64,000 bases of DNA from Eubacteriales bacterium (GTDB lineage: Bacteria; Bacillota; Clostridia; Christensenellales; Aristaeellaceae): NCBI GenBank assembly GCA_028705775.1, contig JAQWCW010000003.1, positions 14,239 to 78,238 of the forward strand, written 5' to 3'. A model generated the notes under the pieces. That model had not been told where the DNA came from. It saw nothing but the letters and a program-made list of their open reading frames with translations, and did no database searches. The position numbers and the translations under genes are program-made. Position 1 is the first letter of the stretch. Every line of letters starts with the position of its first letter. This document shows positions 1-12,700 of this stretch, in pieces.

Positions 1-134
1 TACGCTTGCTTCCCGAATGCGCCGCGCTACGGATTGCGCTCGTTTTCCCGCTCCCCCGTTCTTCACAGCGCAAAACCGCGGCGCAATGCTTTCGCACTGC
101 GCCGCGGCAAATAACTATGGGGTTGGAGCTTACC

Positions 135-3719
<3,585 letters not shown>

Positions 3720-4266
3720 TTAAATACGCTGAAAGGATTTTTTGCGCTTGAGCCATGCCCTTTCAGGAAATAAGCGCATGACGAAGGAAGCGGAAATCCC
3801 CGCTGTTACTATTATATGTTTTGCCGATTAAACTGTCAACCGTTCATAACCCTTGATTTTGCGGCAAATTTGTTATTTTGTCGCAAAAGCGCGGCTATGC
3901 GGCTGCCGAAAAAGGGGACGCCCGCAAAGAGCGTCGGGCGAGGAAGCGCGAAAGATACGCTCCTGTCGGCAAAGCAAGCTCCGAAAGCGGCTCCCAAACC
4001 GCCTCTTGACCGCCTGCACACAAAAGAACGGCGAACCGGCGGCAAATATTCCGCAAGCCAAGATAAGGCATGATTTTAGCAGGATTTCTCAAATGTATAT
4101 AGAATTCCATAGCTCGTAATAAAATGTAAGGCGCGCATTGCGGCAAAGCGCGCAGCGGCAGCGCGGCTCTGCGCCGCCCCTCTCATCTGCGGAGCAATGC
4201 GGCTTCCGCAGGCAAATCACGAAAGCGCGCGCACTGATAGGGCAAAGCAAACCAACGGACGGAGAG

Positions 4267-4413
4267 ATGAAAATGTTCTTTTTTCCAATCGCAATACTTG
4301 CAATAAAGGACGAAACCGAGCGGGAATTCATGAAGGAGCTCTATATCAGCCACAGCATGAATATGTTCCGAATTGCGCGCTCGCTGACAAAGTCTGCGGC
4401 GGAAGCGAAATAA
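4267..4413 (+). pseudogene. possible remnant of a sigma-70 family sigma factor gene (only about 48 N-terminal codons)
   Basis: GGAGAG RBS then MKMFFFPIAILAIKDETEREFMKELYISHSMNMFRIARSLTKSAAEAK-stop. This resembles the first ~45 residues (start of region 2) of clostridial sigma-70/ECF-like factors, but regions 2-4 are missing. An unrelated short tail is open in another frame up to 4529. Confidence 0.3.
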
Positions 4414-4578
4414 TCAAGCTGGGCGCGGACACGGTTTCAATGCCCGAAGGCACCGAAAACTCCGTTGCGCTCCTCAATCCCTTCGACGAGGCGGAGCTTC
4501 AGGCAATGCTCAAAAAAGCAAGCGACTGAAAGGCATTCTCCCGTAAGCTCAATCAGATAAGCAAAAGCGCTCCCAATG

Positions 4579-4587
4579 TGCTATAAT
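4579..4587 (+). promoter_or_regulatory. extended -10 promoter element (TGcTATAAT) upstream of the small Cys-rich ORF
   Basis: TG at 4579-4580 and TATAAT at 4582-4587, about 37 nt upstream of the ATG at 4624. Confidence 0.4.
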
Positions 4588-4623
4588 GCTTTCAAAACCC
4601 AGACCCATGGGGAGGAAAGCAGA

Positions 4624-4842
4624 ATGGACGGGAGCGTTTTTTCGCGGAAAAGCGATGATTTGAAACAGGCGAATGCGATTTCGGGCGGCACAAATACCGA
4701 ATGCCCGTGCAAGCGGCAGGGCTGCAAGCGCCACGGCGACTGCGCCGCCTGCAGGGAATTCCATTCGGGGCGAAATAAGCCGCCCGCCTGCCAGCGCGAG
4801 CCGAAAGCGCCGCGCGCAAGGGAAAGAAGCAAAAACCGCTGA
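4624..4842 (+). CDS. small Cys/His-rich protein (72 aa), putative metal-binding, function unknown
   Basis: GGAGGA RBS 7 nt before the ATG. Motif ECPCKRQGCKRHGDCAACREFHSGRNKPPAC followed by a basic tail. Has its own extended -10 element. The 5' part of the 4576 ORF call is probably not translated. Confidence 0.5.
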   Translation: MDGSVFSRKSDDLKQANAISGGTNTECPCKRQGCKRHGDCAACREFHSGRNKPPACQREPKAPRARERSKNR

Positions 4843-4936
4843 ATTCCCGTTTCGGCTTTGCCGATACGGTTTCGCAAAACGTCACGCTTATTAGGAGCTA
4901 TATAATAGGAAGAATCACCCGAAGAAAGGGCAAATT

Positions 4937-6052
4937 ATGGAATGGTATGACGAGGCGTTTTTATGCGCCGAAAGAAAATATCTGAATACATATAAGTCAG
5001 CAGAGCAAAGGGGAATCATTCCGTACAGGGGCAAGGGCGGCGAATGGCTCGCGCCTCCCTATGACGGGAACAGCTGGTGGACTTGCGGCTTCTACCCTGC
5101 CCTGCTGTTGCAGCTGTACAAGGGCGGCGGGGATAAGCGGCTGCTCAGTGAAGCGCGGCGCACGGAAGGGCTGCTTCAGGCGGAACTGACGCGTTTCAGC
5201 TGCCTGAATCACGACGTCGGCTTTATGTACCTGTTGTCGGCGGGCGCGGATTACAAGCTGTTCGGCGGCGAAAGCAGCAAAACGGCAACGCTTCACGCCG
5301 CAAATCTGCTTGCGGGGCGCTTTAATCCCTGCGGCTTCATCCGCGCATGGAACGGCGACAAGAGCGGCTGGGCAATCGTTGACAGCCTTATGAATCTGCC
5401 GCTGCTGTACTGGGCGAGCGAAGTGACGGGCGACCCCCGCTTCCGCAAAATAGCTTGCATTCACGCCGACACGGCATTGAGGGCGTTCGTAAGAGACGAC
5501 GGCTCATGCAATCACATAGTCATATTCGATTCCGAAACGGGCGAAGCGCTGGACGCGCCCGCCGGTCAGGGCTGCGCGAAAGGCTCAAGCTGGTCGCGCG
5601 GTCAGGCATGGGCGCTGTACGGCTTCACCCTCAGCTACATCGCAACGGGCTTTGAGCGCTATCTTGCCGCGGCTGAAAAAATCGCGGACTATTTTATATC
5701 GAACATCCGCGAGGACGGGCTTACCCTGTGCGATTTCCGTCAGCCGAAGGATGAGGAGCTTTTTGACAATATAGCGGGCGCGTGCGCTGCCTGCGGGCTG
5801 ATGGAGCTTAAAAAGCACAGCAAATCGGGCGCGGAAAAATACGAAAGCGCCGCCGACAAAATGCTTCTGGCAATCTGGGAAAAATGCTGCGACAGGAGCG
5901 AGAGCGTATGCGGGCTTACGCAAAAATGCACCGCCGCATATAATGACGACGGTGCAGGGCGAAACACGAACATTCTCTACGGCGATTATTTCTTTATCGA
6001 GGCAATCTGTAAAAAGCGCGGAACAGATATAATGCCGTGGACGCGGAGCTAA
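4937..6052 (+). CDS. glycoside hydrolase family 88 (unsaturated glucuronyl/chondroitin disaccharide hydrolase-like)
   Basis: 371-aa ORF with GH88-like blocks NSWWTCGFYPALL, NHDVGFMY, GFIRAWN, NLPLLYWAS, SWSRGQAWALYGF. Confidence 0.85.
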   Translation: MEWYDEAFLCAERKYLNTYKSAEQRGIIPYRGKGGEWLAPPYDGNSWWTCGFYPALLLQLYKGGGDKRLLSEARRTEGLLQAELTRFSCLNHDVGFMYLLSAGADYKLFGGESSKTATLHAANLLAGRFNPCGFIRAWNGDKSGWAIVDSLMNLPLLYWASEVTGDPRFRKIACIHADTALRAFVRDDGSCNHIVIFDSETGEALDAPAGQGCAKGSSWSRGQAWALYGFTLSYIATGFERYLAAAEKIADYFISNIREDGLTLCDFRQPKDEELFDNIAGACAACGLMELKKHSKSGAEKYESAADKMLLAIWEKCCDRSESVCGLTQKCTAAYNDDGAGRNTNILYGDYFFIEAICKKRGTDIMPWTRS

Positions 6053-6085
6053 CGCGCGGTTAATAATATTAACTAAACAAATGCG

Positions 6086-6649
6086 TTACTTACTTTTCTT
6101 GAGCTTATAAGCGGCGCGTGCATAAACGCAAAGGGCGCAAAGGCTGAGAGCGACGGCGGCAAGCAAAACCCAGAAATCAAGCTGAAAGCCCCATGCGGTA
6201 AACTCCGGATGGAAGAACGTGAGAACGATTGCAAGCATGAACGCGACAGTCGCCGCCTTGCCCGCCATTTTGGAGGCGATAACCTTTTCGCCCCTGAGAA
6301 GCAGCAAAGCGCCGCAGACCATCAGCAGCTCCTTGAAAAGCACGATTCCCACAAGCCATGGGTTCGCCCAGCCGCGCAGCGTGAGCGTTATCAGCACGGT
6401 AAGCACCATAATTTTGTCCGCAAGAGGGTCCATCAGCTTGCCGAAATTGGTTATAAGCCCGTTTTTTCTTGCGATATAGCCGTCCAGATAATCCGTGAAG
6501 CTTGCAATAAGGAAAACCGCGAGCGCCCATTTGTCAAGCCCCATATTAAACAGAATCAAATAAACGGGAATAAGAATTATTCGCATAATTGTGAGCGCGT
6601 TCGGAACGTTCCACATATCCTTCGTCAAATTCTTGAGTGCTTCCTTCAT
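6086..6649 (-). CDS. pgsA: CDP-diacylglycerol--glycerol-3-phosphate 3-phosphatidyltransferase
   Basis: CDP-alcohol phosphatidyltransferase signature DYLDGYIARKNGLITNFGKLMDPLADK. Multi-TM protein. Start moved to the internal ATG at 6649 (MKEALKNL), which has a GGAAGGAG RBS. Confidence 0.9.
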   Translation of the reverse strand: MKEALKNLTKDMWNVPNALTIMRIILIPVYLILFNMGLDKWALAVFLIASFTDYLDGYIARKNGLITNFGKLMDPLADKIMVLTVLITLTLRGWANPWLVGIVLFKELLMVCGALLLLRGEKVIASKMAGKAATVAFMLAIVLTFFHPEFTAWGFQLDFWVLLAAVALSLCALCVYARAAYKLKKSK

Positions 6650-6782
6650 TGCCAATGCTCCTTCCAGCGTTGTGTCGATATAATAGTATAACATAAACGG
6701 CGGAAAAAAGCACCGTTAACGGCATGGTTCAACAAAGCGGCTTATTTTTTCTTAACATCGCAATTTTTGATAAGTGGTTTAC

Positions 6783-6811
6783 TTTACAAAACGGATTAAA
6801 TCAGCTAGAAT
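6783..6811 (+). promoter_or_regulatory. candidate sigma-A promoter for the LacI-family gene
   Basis: TTTACA, 17 nt spacer, TAGAAT. Confidence 0.35.
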
Positions 6812-6944
6812 ATATGAAAGAAGGTTAATGCGGAAGCGTGGATAAATCAGCCTTATCCATTCAGGATTTGAATGGAGCAATGCGGTTTTTATATTGTTTT
6901 CGCCGTTTGTCTGCCGTCGGGCGGCTATGCGAAGGAGAATGGGA

Positions 6945-7952
6945 ATGGCAAAGAAAGTTACGATGAAGAACATCGCGGATCAGCTCCGCGTTTCAACCGT
7001 TACCGTTTCCAAGGCGTTGGGCGGCAAGGACGGCGTTGGCAAGGAACTGCGGCAGGAAATCCAGTCGCTCGCCGAACAGCTGGGCTATCAGTACAGCGCG
7101 CATCAGAAGTCCGGCGATGATGCCGGCGGAAGCAATATAGGCATTCTGATTGCCTCGCATTTTTTTGACGACAAGGCGTTTTATGCCAACATATACCGCA
7201 AGATTGTGACGGGGCTGAGCGAGCTTGGCTATTACGCAATCCTCGAAATCGTTCAGCCGGAGGACGAAGCGGCTGCAAGCGAGCCGAGCATTCTGCAAAA
7301 CTGCAAGGTGGACGCGTTCATTGTCTTGGGGCAGATGAAGCGCGAGTATATCGACGCGCTCAAAGCTTATGATTTGCCCTGCCTTCTCGTGGACTTCTAT
7401 AACGAGCATTTCCATATGGACGCGCTTGTTTCCGACAGCTATTACGGCAGCTATCTGCTCACAAGCCATCTAATCAACATGGGGCACAGGAGCATCGGCT
7501 TCCTCGGAAGCATTCGCGCAACAAGCAGCATTCTCGACCGCTATATGGGCTATCGCAAGGCGCTGCTCGAGGCGGGCATTGAGGAAAAAAGCGAGTGGCT
7601 CATTGAGGACAGGTCGCTGATTAACGGAATGCTGATTCCCTTTGAGCTGCCCGAAAAGCTGCCGACGGCCTTCGTCTGCAACTGCGACGAAGTTGCGTAC
7701 ATCCTTGTCCGCCAGCTTTGGCGCAGGGGCATCCGCGTGCCGGACGATATTTCCGTTGTCGGCTTTGATGATTTCATGTTCGCAACCCTCTGCAATCCCC
7801 CGCTCACCACCTTTGCCGTGGACTTGGACGCAATGACGCGCTCGGCAATTCAGGCAATCACGCATAAGATAAAGAACCCCTCCTATTCCATCGGTCGCGT
7901 CGTAATCGGCGGCAGGCTCGTCCTCCGCGATTCGGTTAAGGAATTGAAGTAA
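6945..7952 (+). CDS. LacI family transcriptional regulator
   Basis: N-terminal HTH MKNIADQLRVSTVTVSKALGG plus a periplasmic-binding-protein-like sugar-binding core. GAAGGAGAA RBS before the ATG at 6945. The ORF call from 6894 is probably an upstream extension. Confidence 0.9.
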   Translation: MAKKVTMKNIADQLRVSTVTVSKALGGKDGVGKELRQEIQSLAEQLGYQYSAHQKSGDDAGGSNIGILIASHFFDDKAFYANIYRKIVTGLSELGYYAILEIVQPEDEAAASEPSILQNCKVDAFIVLGQMKREYIDALKAYDLPCLLVDFYNEHFHMDALVSDSYYGSYLLTSHLINMGHRSIGFLGSIRATSSILDRYMGYRKALLEAGIEEKSEWLIEDRSLINGMLIPFELPEKLPTAFVCNCDEVAYILVRQLWRRGIRVPDDISVVGFDDFMFATLCNPPLTTFAVDLDAMTRSAIQAITHKIKNPSYSIGRVVIGGRLVLRDSVKELK

Positions 7953-7958
7953 CGGAGA

Positions 7959-8234
7959 GGTTAACGGACGGAAACGCGACAGGGTTTGGGAATGCGTTGA
8001 GGTACGGAAACGCAATGGAGTACGGAAACGCGGTGAGGTTACGGAAGCGCGTTGAGGTACGGAAACGCGTTGAAGGCATGGAGCATGATGTAGCAGCCGA
8101 AACGTGTTAGATTGCTGAAACGTATTGATGTTACGGAAGCACGTTGAGGTACGGAAACGCGTTGAAGGCATGGAGCATGATGTAGCAGCCGAAACGTGTT
8201 GAGGCTATGGAAGCGCGTTGATATGTAGAATCAG
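7959..8234. repeat. degenerate 18-bp minisatellite (about 15 units, consensus GTTGAGGTACGGAAACGC) containing a 58-bp exact duplication
   Basis: Read directly. Units follow head to tail right after the LacI stop codon. Exact 58-mers at 8051-8108 and 8143-8200 (period 92 bp). Confidence 0.85.
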
Positions 8235-8408
8235 AAAATCACCGTCATTGCGACGGTGATTTTCGCCTTATAAGGCGGAAGAGCAGAGCCATTGCTCTAC
8301 GGGTGTGTGTTGTCATGGTTTCACAGTCAAACCGTATATCAGCGGTATTTACAGCATAGTTTCCACAGAACAACCAACATCGAAGCAGAGCGGAAGCGCT
8401 GCAAGAAT

Positions 8409-8623
8409 AAGCCTCCCTTGTGTAAGAACAGGTGGCACGGCGCAGCCGTGACGGAAGGATTGTCGGTTCGTTTGTCTTTAGTTTTCTCGCAAAAATATTG
8501 TTGAATAACAGGCACAAATCATTATATCACAAGAGTTTCCGACAATCCCTCAGGCGCTCCGCGCCAGCTCCCTTTGCACAAGGGAGCCTCCTTTGGTAAA
8601 CAGACTGCAGTCGCAGTCTGTTT
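8409..8623 (-). repeat. interspersed composite repeat, copy a (unit B, spacer, inverted unit A, GC hairpin)
   Basis: Unit B at 8409-8466. Unit A at 8539-8588. Hairpin AAACAGACTGCAGTCGCAGTCTGTTT at 8598-8623. Alignable with the copies at 15907, 44665 and 51252 in inverse orientation. Confidence 0.8.
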
Positions 8624-8697
8624 ATGATATAGTACTTTCGTGCCTGAGAATTATATAGCCAAACGAGAACTAACAATATCCGCTTCCCCTACACCCC

Positions 8698-8822
8698 TGC
8701 TCGCTCAAAACGCTTCGGATGCTAGGAGACAAGCTAAATGGCGAGGGAGTTTACTCGCGGGTAAATGACTGCCTCGGCTGTCGCGTATTGGGCATAAGCG
8801 ATAGGCGGTTTTTCAGCGAGCA
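8698..8822. repeat. palindromic ~125-bp element (module C) with terminal inverted repeats TGCTCGCT(C/G)AAAA
   Basis: TIRs at 8698-8710 and 8810-8822. The core GGAGTTTACTCGCGGGTAAATGACTGCCTCGGCTGTCGCGTA is shared with 51312-51442 in the opposite orientation. Confidence 0.7.
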
Positions 8823-8846
8823 GGAAGCGGCAAGTAAGAAGCAGGC

Positions 8847-9218
8847 TCATTCCGTCTTGCATAAAAAATACTGATTAATCCCATCCGTAATATCGCGGTA
8901 GCAGCTATTGACCTGCTCGAGCGATTCGTTTATATCCTTGAGTCTGCCGCCGCGGATTATGACGAGCAGCTGCCCGACGGAGTGCATAAGCGGCACAAAA
9001 CCCATATTTCCGGCAACGCCCTTGAGCGCGTGCGCCGCGGTAAAGGCTTCGTCCCACACGCCATGCTCAACGGCTATATTAAGCTCCTCGGTAGTTTTAT
9101 CGTCAAGGAAATCGGTAAGACATTCCGCATACAATTCCTCGTCGCCGCCGAGTCTTTTTATAGCGCCGTCAACATCGGTTTCCCTAAGCGCGAGCGCGTG
9201 CCGCTGACGATTATTCAT
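8847..9218 (-). CDS. stand-alone Hpt (histidine phosphotransfer) domain protein
   Basis: 123 aa from the internal ATG at 9218 (GGAGGGAGG RBS). Phospho-His motif AFTAAHALKGVAGNMG. Close paralogue of the 25002 gene. Confidence 0.85.
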   Translation of the reverse strand: MNNRQRHALALRETDVDGAIKRLGGDEELYAECLTDFLDDKTTEELNIAVEHGVWDEAFTAAHALKGVAGNMGFVPLMHSVGQLLVIIRGGRLKDINESLEQVNSCYRDITDGINQYFLCKTE

Positions 9219-9312
9219 AGGGAACGAACGCCTCCCTCCGCAAAAAATATACGATGGATTGCCAATACTGACGCAAAAATCACAGATGATTCGCGCCGCT
9301 GCAAACGCCGTA

Positions 9313-9681
9313 TCAGGACGGCTGCTCCGCTTTTTCGGCAATTTCGCGAAGCTTTTCAAGCTCCGCCGAAACCCTGACATACTCGCGCTCGGCGTCAGGG
9401 CGGCGTTTTGCCCTCAGCGCCTCGGTAAGCTCGCAGTCCGCCTCATAATACGGCGTAAGCCCGAGATTTCCCGAAAGCCCCTTCAAGGCGTGAGCGCAGA
9501 AGAACGCTTCATCAAGGCTGCCCTTTTCCATAGCCGCTTTGAGCGCCGAATGATTCGGCTCAGAAAGAAACGCGGAAAAGCAAATCACATACAGCTCATT
9601 GTTTCCCATAAACAGGTCTTCAATACCCTCGGCATCCACCCCGTATCCGGTAAGCAGCCCCATCAAAGTATTATACTCCAT
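9313..9681 (-). CDS. stand-alone Hpt domain protein
   Basis: 122 aa. Motif AFFCAHALKGLSGNLG. Starts 24 nt downstream of the giant GGDEF/EAL gene stop. Confidence 0.85.
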   Translation of the reverse strand: MEYNTLMGLLTGYGVDAEGIEDLFMGNNELYVICFSAFLSEPNHSALKAAMEKGSLDEAFFCAHALKGLSGNLGLTPYYEADCELTEALRAKRRPDAEREYVRVSAELEKLREIAEKAEQPS

Positions 9682-9705
9682 TTTATTCTCCGTTTCAGCA
9701 AAAAT

Positions 9706-12700
9706 TCACGAAGGCTTCTTTTCGCCCAAATCCGTAAGCGCGATATAAAGCCTGCCGGTCAAGCCGTAATCGTTCGCCACCTTGTAAACGCCCGCCTTGA
9801 ACCAATGGAAAACGGAGTTCGGCGTGCGGAGGCGCAGTATAAGCTCTGCCGTCTGCCTTTCGCGGCTGGCGGCAAGGTCGTGCGCGGCGCCCTGAAAACG
9901 CTTTACCGTTTCGGTATCCGCAACGGAATCGGCAAGAAGGATATGCCACAGCTGCCGCTTGTCATACTTTCCGGCAAGATAGCGCGAGATGTTTTCATCA
10001 TAAATAAACGCGCCGTTAAGCCAATCGTTTTCGATTACGATTGTATTCTCGCGCTCAAGCACGGTTTTATAGCGGCGGATTTCACCGTTCCTGTACTCAA
10101 GCATACTGTTCTTCGCCCGCAGCCGCTCGTTTTCCGCCTTGGATATGGCTGATTTCACACGAATTTTAAGCACATCGGCGGCATAGGGCTTCGTCACATA
10201 ATCCGAAGCGCCGGCGCGAATAGCGCGAAGGCTTGTTTCACGGTTTCCGTCGCCGCTTACGACAACGACGGGAATCGTGCGCAGTTCAGGCGACTTCTGC
10301 ATTTTTTCCAAAACGGCAAAGCCGTCCATTCCCGGCATCATCAAGTCAAGAAGCACGACGGAAATTGCCGCGCCGTAATGACTGAGCCGAATCAGCGCCG
10401 TCCGCCCGTCCCTCGCCTTTTCAATAATGAATTCGGCGGCGAAGATATTGCTGAGCATCGCGTGGGCTATCTGGCTGTCGTCAACGATGAGCATACGGCG
10501 CTTTCTTTCCCTCTGCGCAGCAGGCACTATGGGCGCGATTTCCGCTGCATCCTCGAAAGCGTCGCGCTCAAGCTTCATCATATCGCCGTGATAGAAGGAG
10601 TAGCTGTCCTTGCCCGCGCCCTTGACGTTGTAAAGCGCGATATCCGCCTTGTTGTAAAGGGAGGCAAAATCCGTCCCGTCCCTCGGCGTTACGGTAATTC
10701 CGATGCTTCCCGTGGTTTCAACCTCCGTGCTGTACGATTTGCGGGTAAGCGCGCAGATTTGCCGCGCCTTTACAGCCGCAATCGAGTCGCCCGGAATATC
10801 CGTCAGGAATACAACGAATTCATCGTCCTGAAGCCTGCCGACCAAATCGTTATGCCTCAGCGCCGTGCGTATGGAGGCGGCAATATCCGCAAGCGCCTGG
10901 TCGCCCGCGCTGTGCCCGAAGGCTTCATTGACCTGCCCGAAGCCGTCAATATCAAGCGCCAGAAGCGCGTGATGAGTTCCGGGTTTTGAGGTTTCGATTA
11001 TATAATTGACCTGCGATTCAAACGCAGAGCGGTTCAGCGCGCCGGTGAGCGAATCAATCTGCGTCCGCTCCTCAACCGAAAGCTCCTCGCGCTTAATGCT
11101 GTCAATGTCCTCAAACAGCAGGTATGCCTCGACCTCCGCCTTGCCGGGCGCGTCCATCATTTCAACGGTCAGCCTGAGCCAGCGCGTTCCGTCGCCGCCG
11201 TCCTTTTTATCGCGGTATTCGATTACAACCGCGCTCCTGCCCTGATAATAGGAAGAAAGAAGCGAATCGGCGCTGATGAAGGCGTTAAAGCGCTCGGCGT
11301 CCTCGCTGAAAACATACATTTCCGAATACATACGCATCCTTGCGCCGAAATCCTTTTCGGATGAGGAAAGCTCCGTCCCGATAAGCGTGCCTTCATCCTC
11401 CCCGAACATTTCGTGGCGCGAAAGATTGCAGCGGTAGAGGGAATACCCGTCGGAATCGCGCCCCTGAAGCGACTGCCTCCACTTGCCGTAAACCGCGTCC
11501 TTTTCCCGCTCGTCGGTCACGTCCGCAAAGGATATAACGGCGGAAACAGGCTCGCCGCTGAATGAAAATATGGTGGAAAAGCTTGCGGACAGCCAGCGCC
11601 AGCCGACCTCCGACATACGCTTGAACGTAACCCTTCCGCTCTTTTCGCCGCGGATTATGCTGTCATAGAAGGCGATATAGTCCTCGGCGGTATCGGGCGA
11701 TACGCTGCCCTGCCTGACCTGACTGAGCGGCAAATCCGTCATGGATTCCGGCGCGTCATATATGCTGCTGGCGTGCGGGGAAATGTGCAGGGTTCTTGAA
11801 GCCACGTCAAAGCGGCAGACAATCGTTTTGCTGTGCGCAATCGCAAGGCGGTTCTCCTCCTCGCTGACCCTCAGCTTGTCAAGCGCATCCTGCCGCGCGG
11901 TTATGTCAAACAGAACGGCGTTGAAAATGGGCTTCCCCCCGTTTTCAATTGAGCGCACAGCCTTTAAGTTAAGCCATTTGTAGCCTCCGTCCTTCATGTG
12001 CGCCTTGAATACGGCGTCAAGCCGCTCCCCGCTTTCCTCAAGGGCGTAGAACTGCTTCTTAACCAGAGCAATATCTTCCTCGTCAATCCCTTCGATAACG
12101 TCCACATCGCCGTGCGCAAGGCATTCCTCGCGCGTAAGCCCGAACAATCTCAGGAAGCCGTCGTTGAAGTATGTCAGGCGAAGCTGCCCGCCAATGCGCT
12201 CAAAGGAAGCGATTCCGCCGGGAATATTATCCGTCAGAAGCTCAAGGCGGGATTTGATTTCCCTTTCCTCCGTTATGTCACGGCCCATTCCGTATATGCC
12301 GATGATATTGCCGTGCGAATCCTTGAGCGGGAATTTGGAGGTGCTGTAATAATGCGCCATCCCGTCCTTTCCGGTAAGGGTATTGACGTAATCCAGCAGC
12401 GACTCGCCGCTTTCAAGCACAAGCCTGTCAAGCCGCTCAAAATCGGCCGCGTTTTCCGCGCCGAGCAGCTCGGAATCCGTTTTTCCGATAACATCGTTTT
12501 CATCGCTGTAGCCGGTAACGGCGCAAACGTCCCTGCTCACGCACAGGTATCTGAGGCGGCTGTCCTTGACGAAGGAAAAGCCCGTCTGGGTGTCCATCAT
12601 CGCGCGCATAACAACGGGCAGCATTTCCCTGATTGACATTGCCTCGTCGGTAATCGGAGTGTAGATTGCGTAAAGCGCATACTTGCGCCCGCCTTTCGGC

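Noticed and set aside
7470-8171. 233-aa minus-strand ORF with RFRTST repeats.
   Set aside because: It is created by reading the 18-bp minisatellite and then runs antisense into the LacI gene. It has no RBS and no start context.
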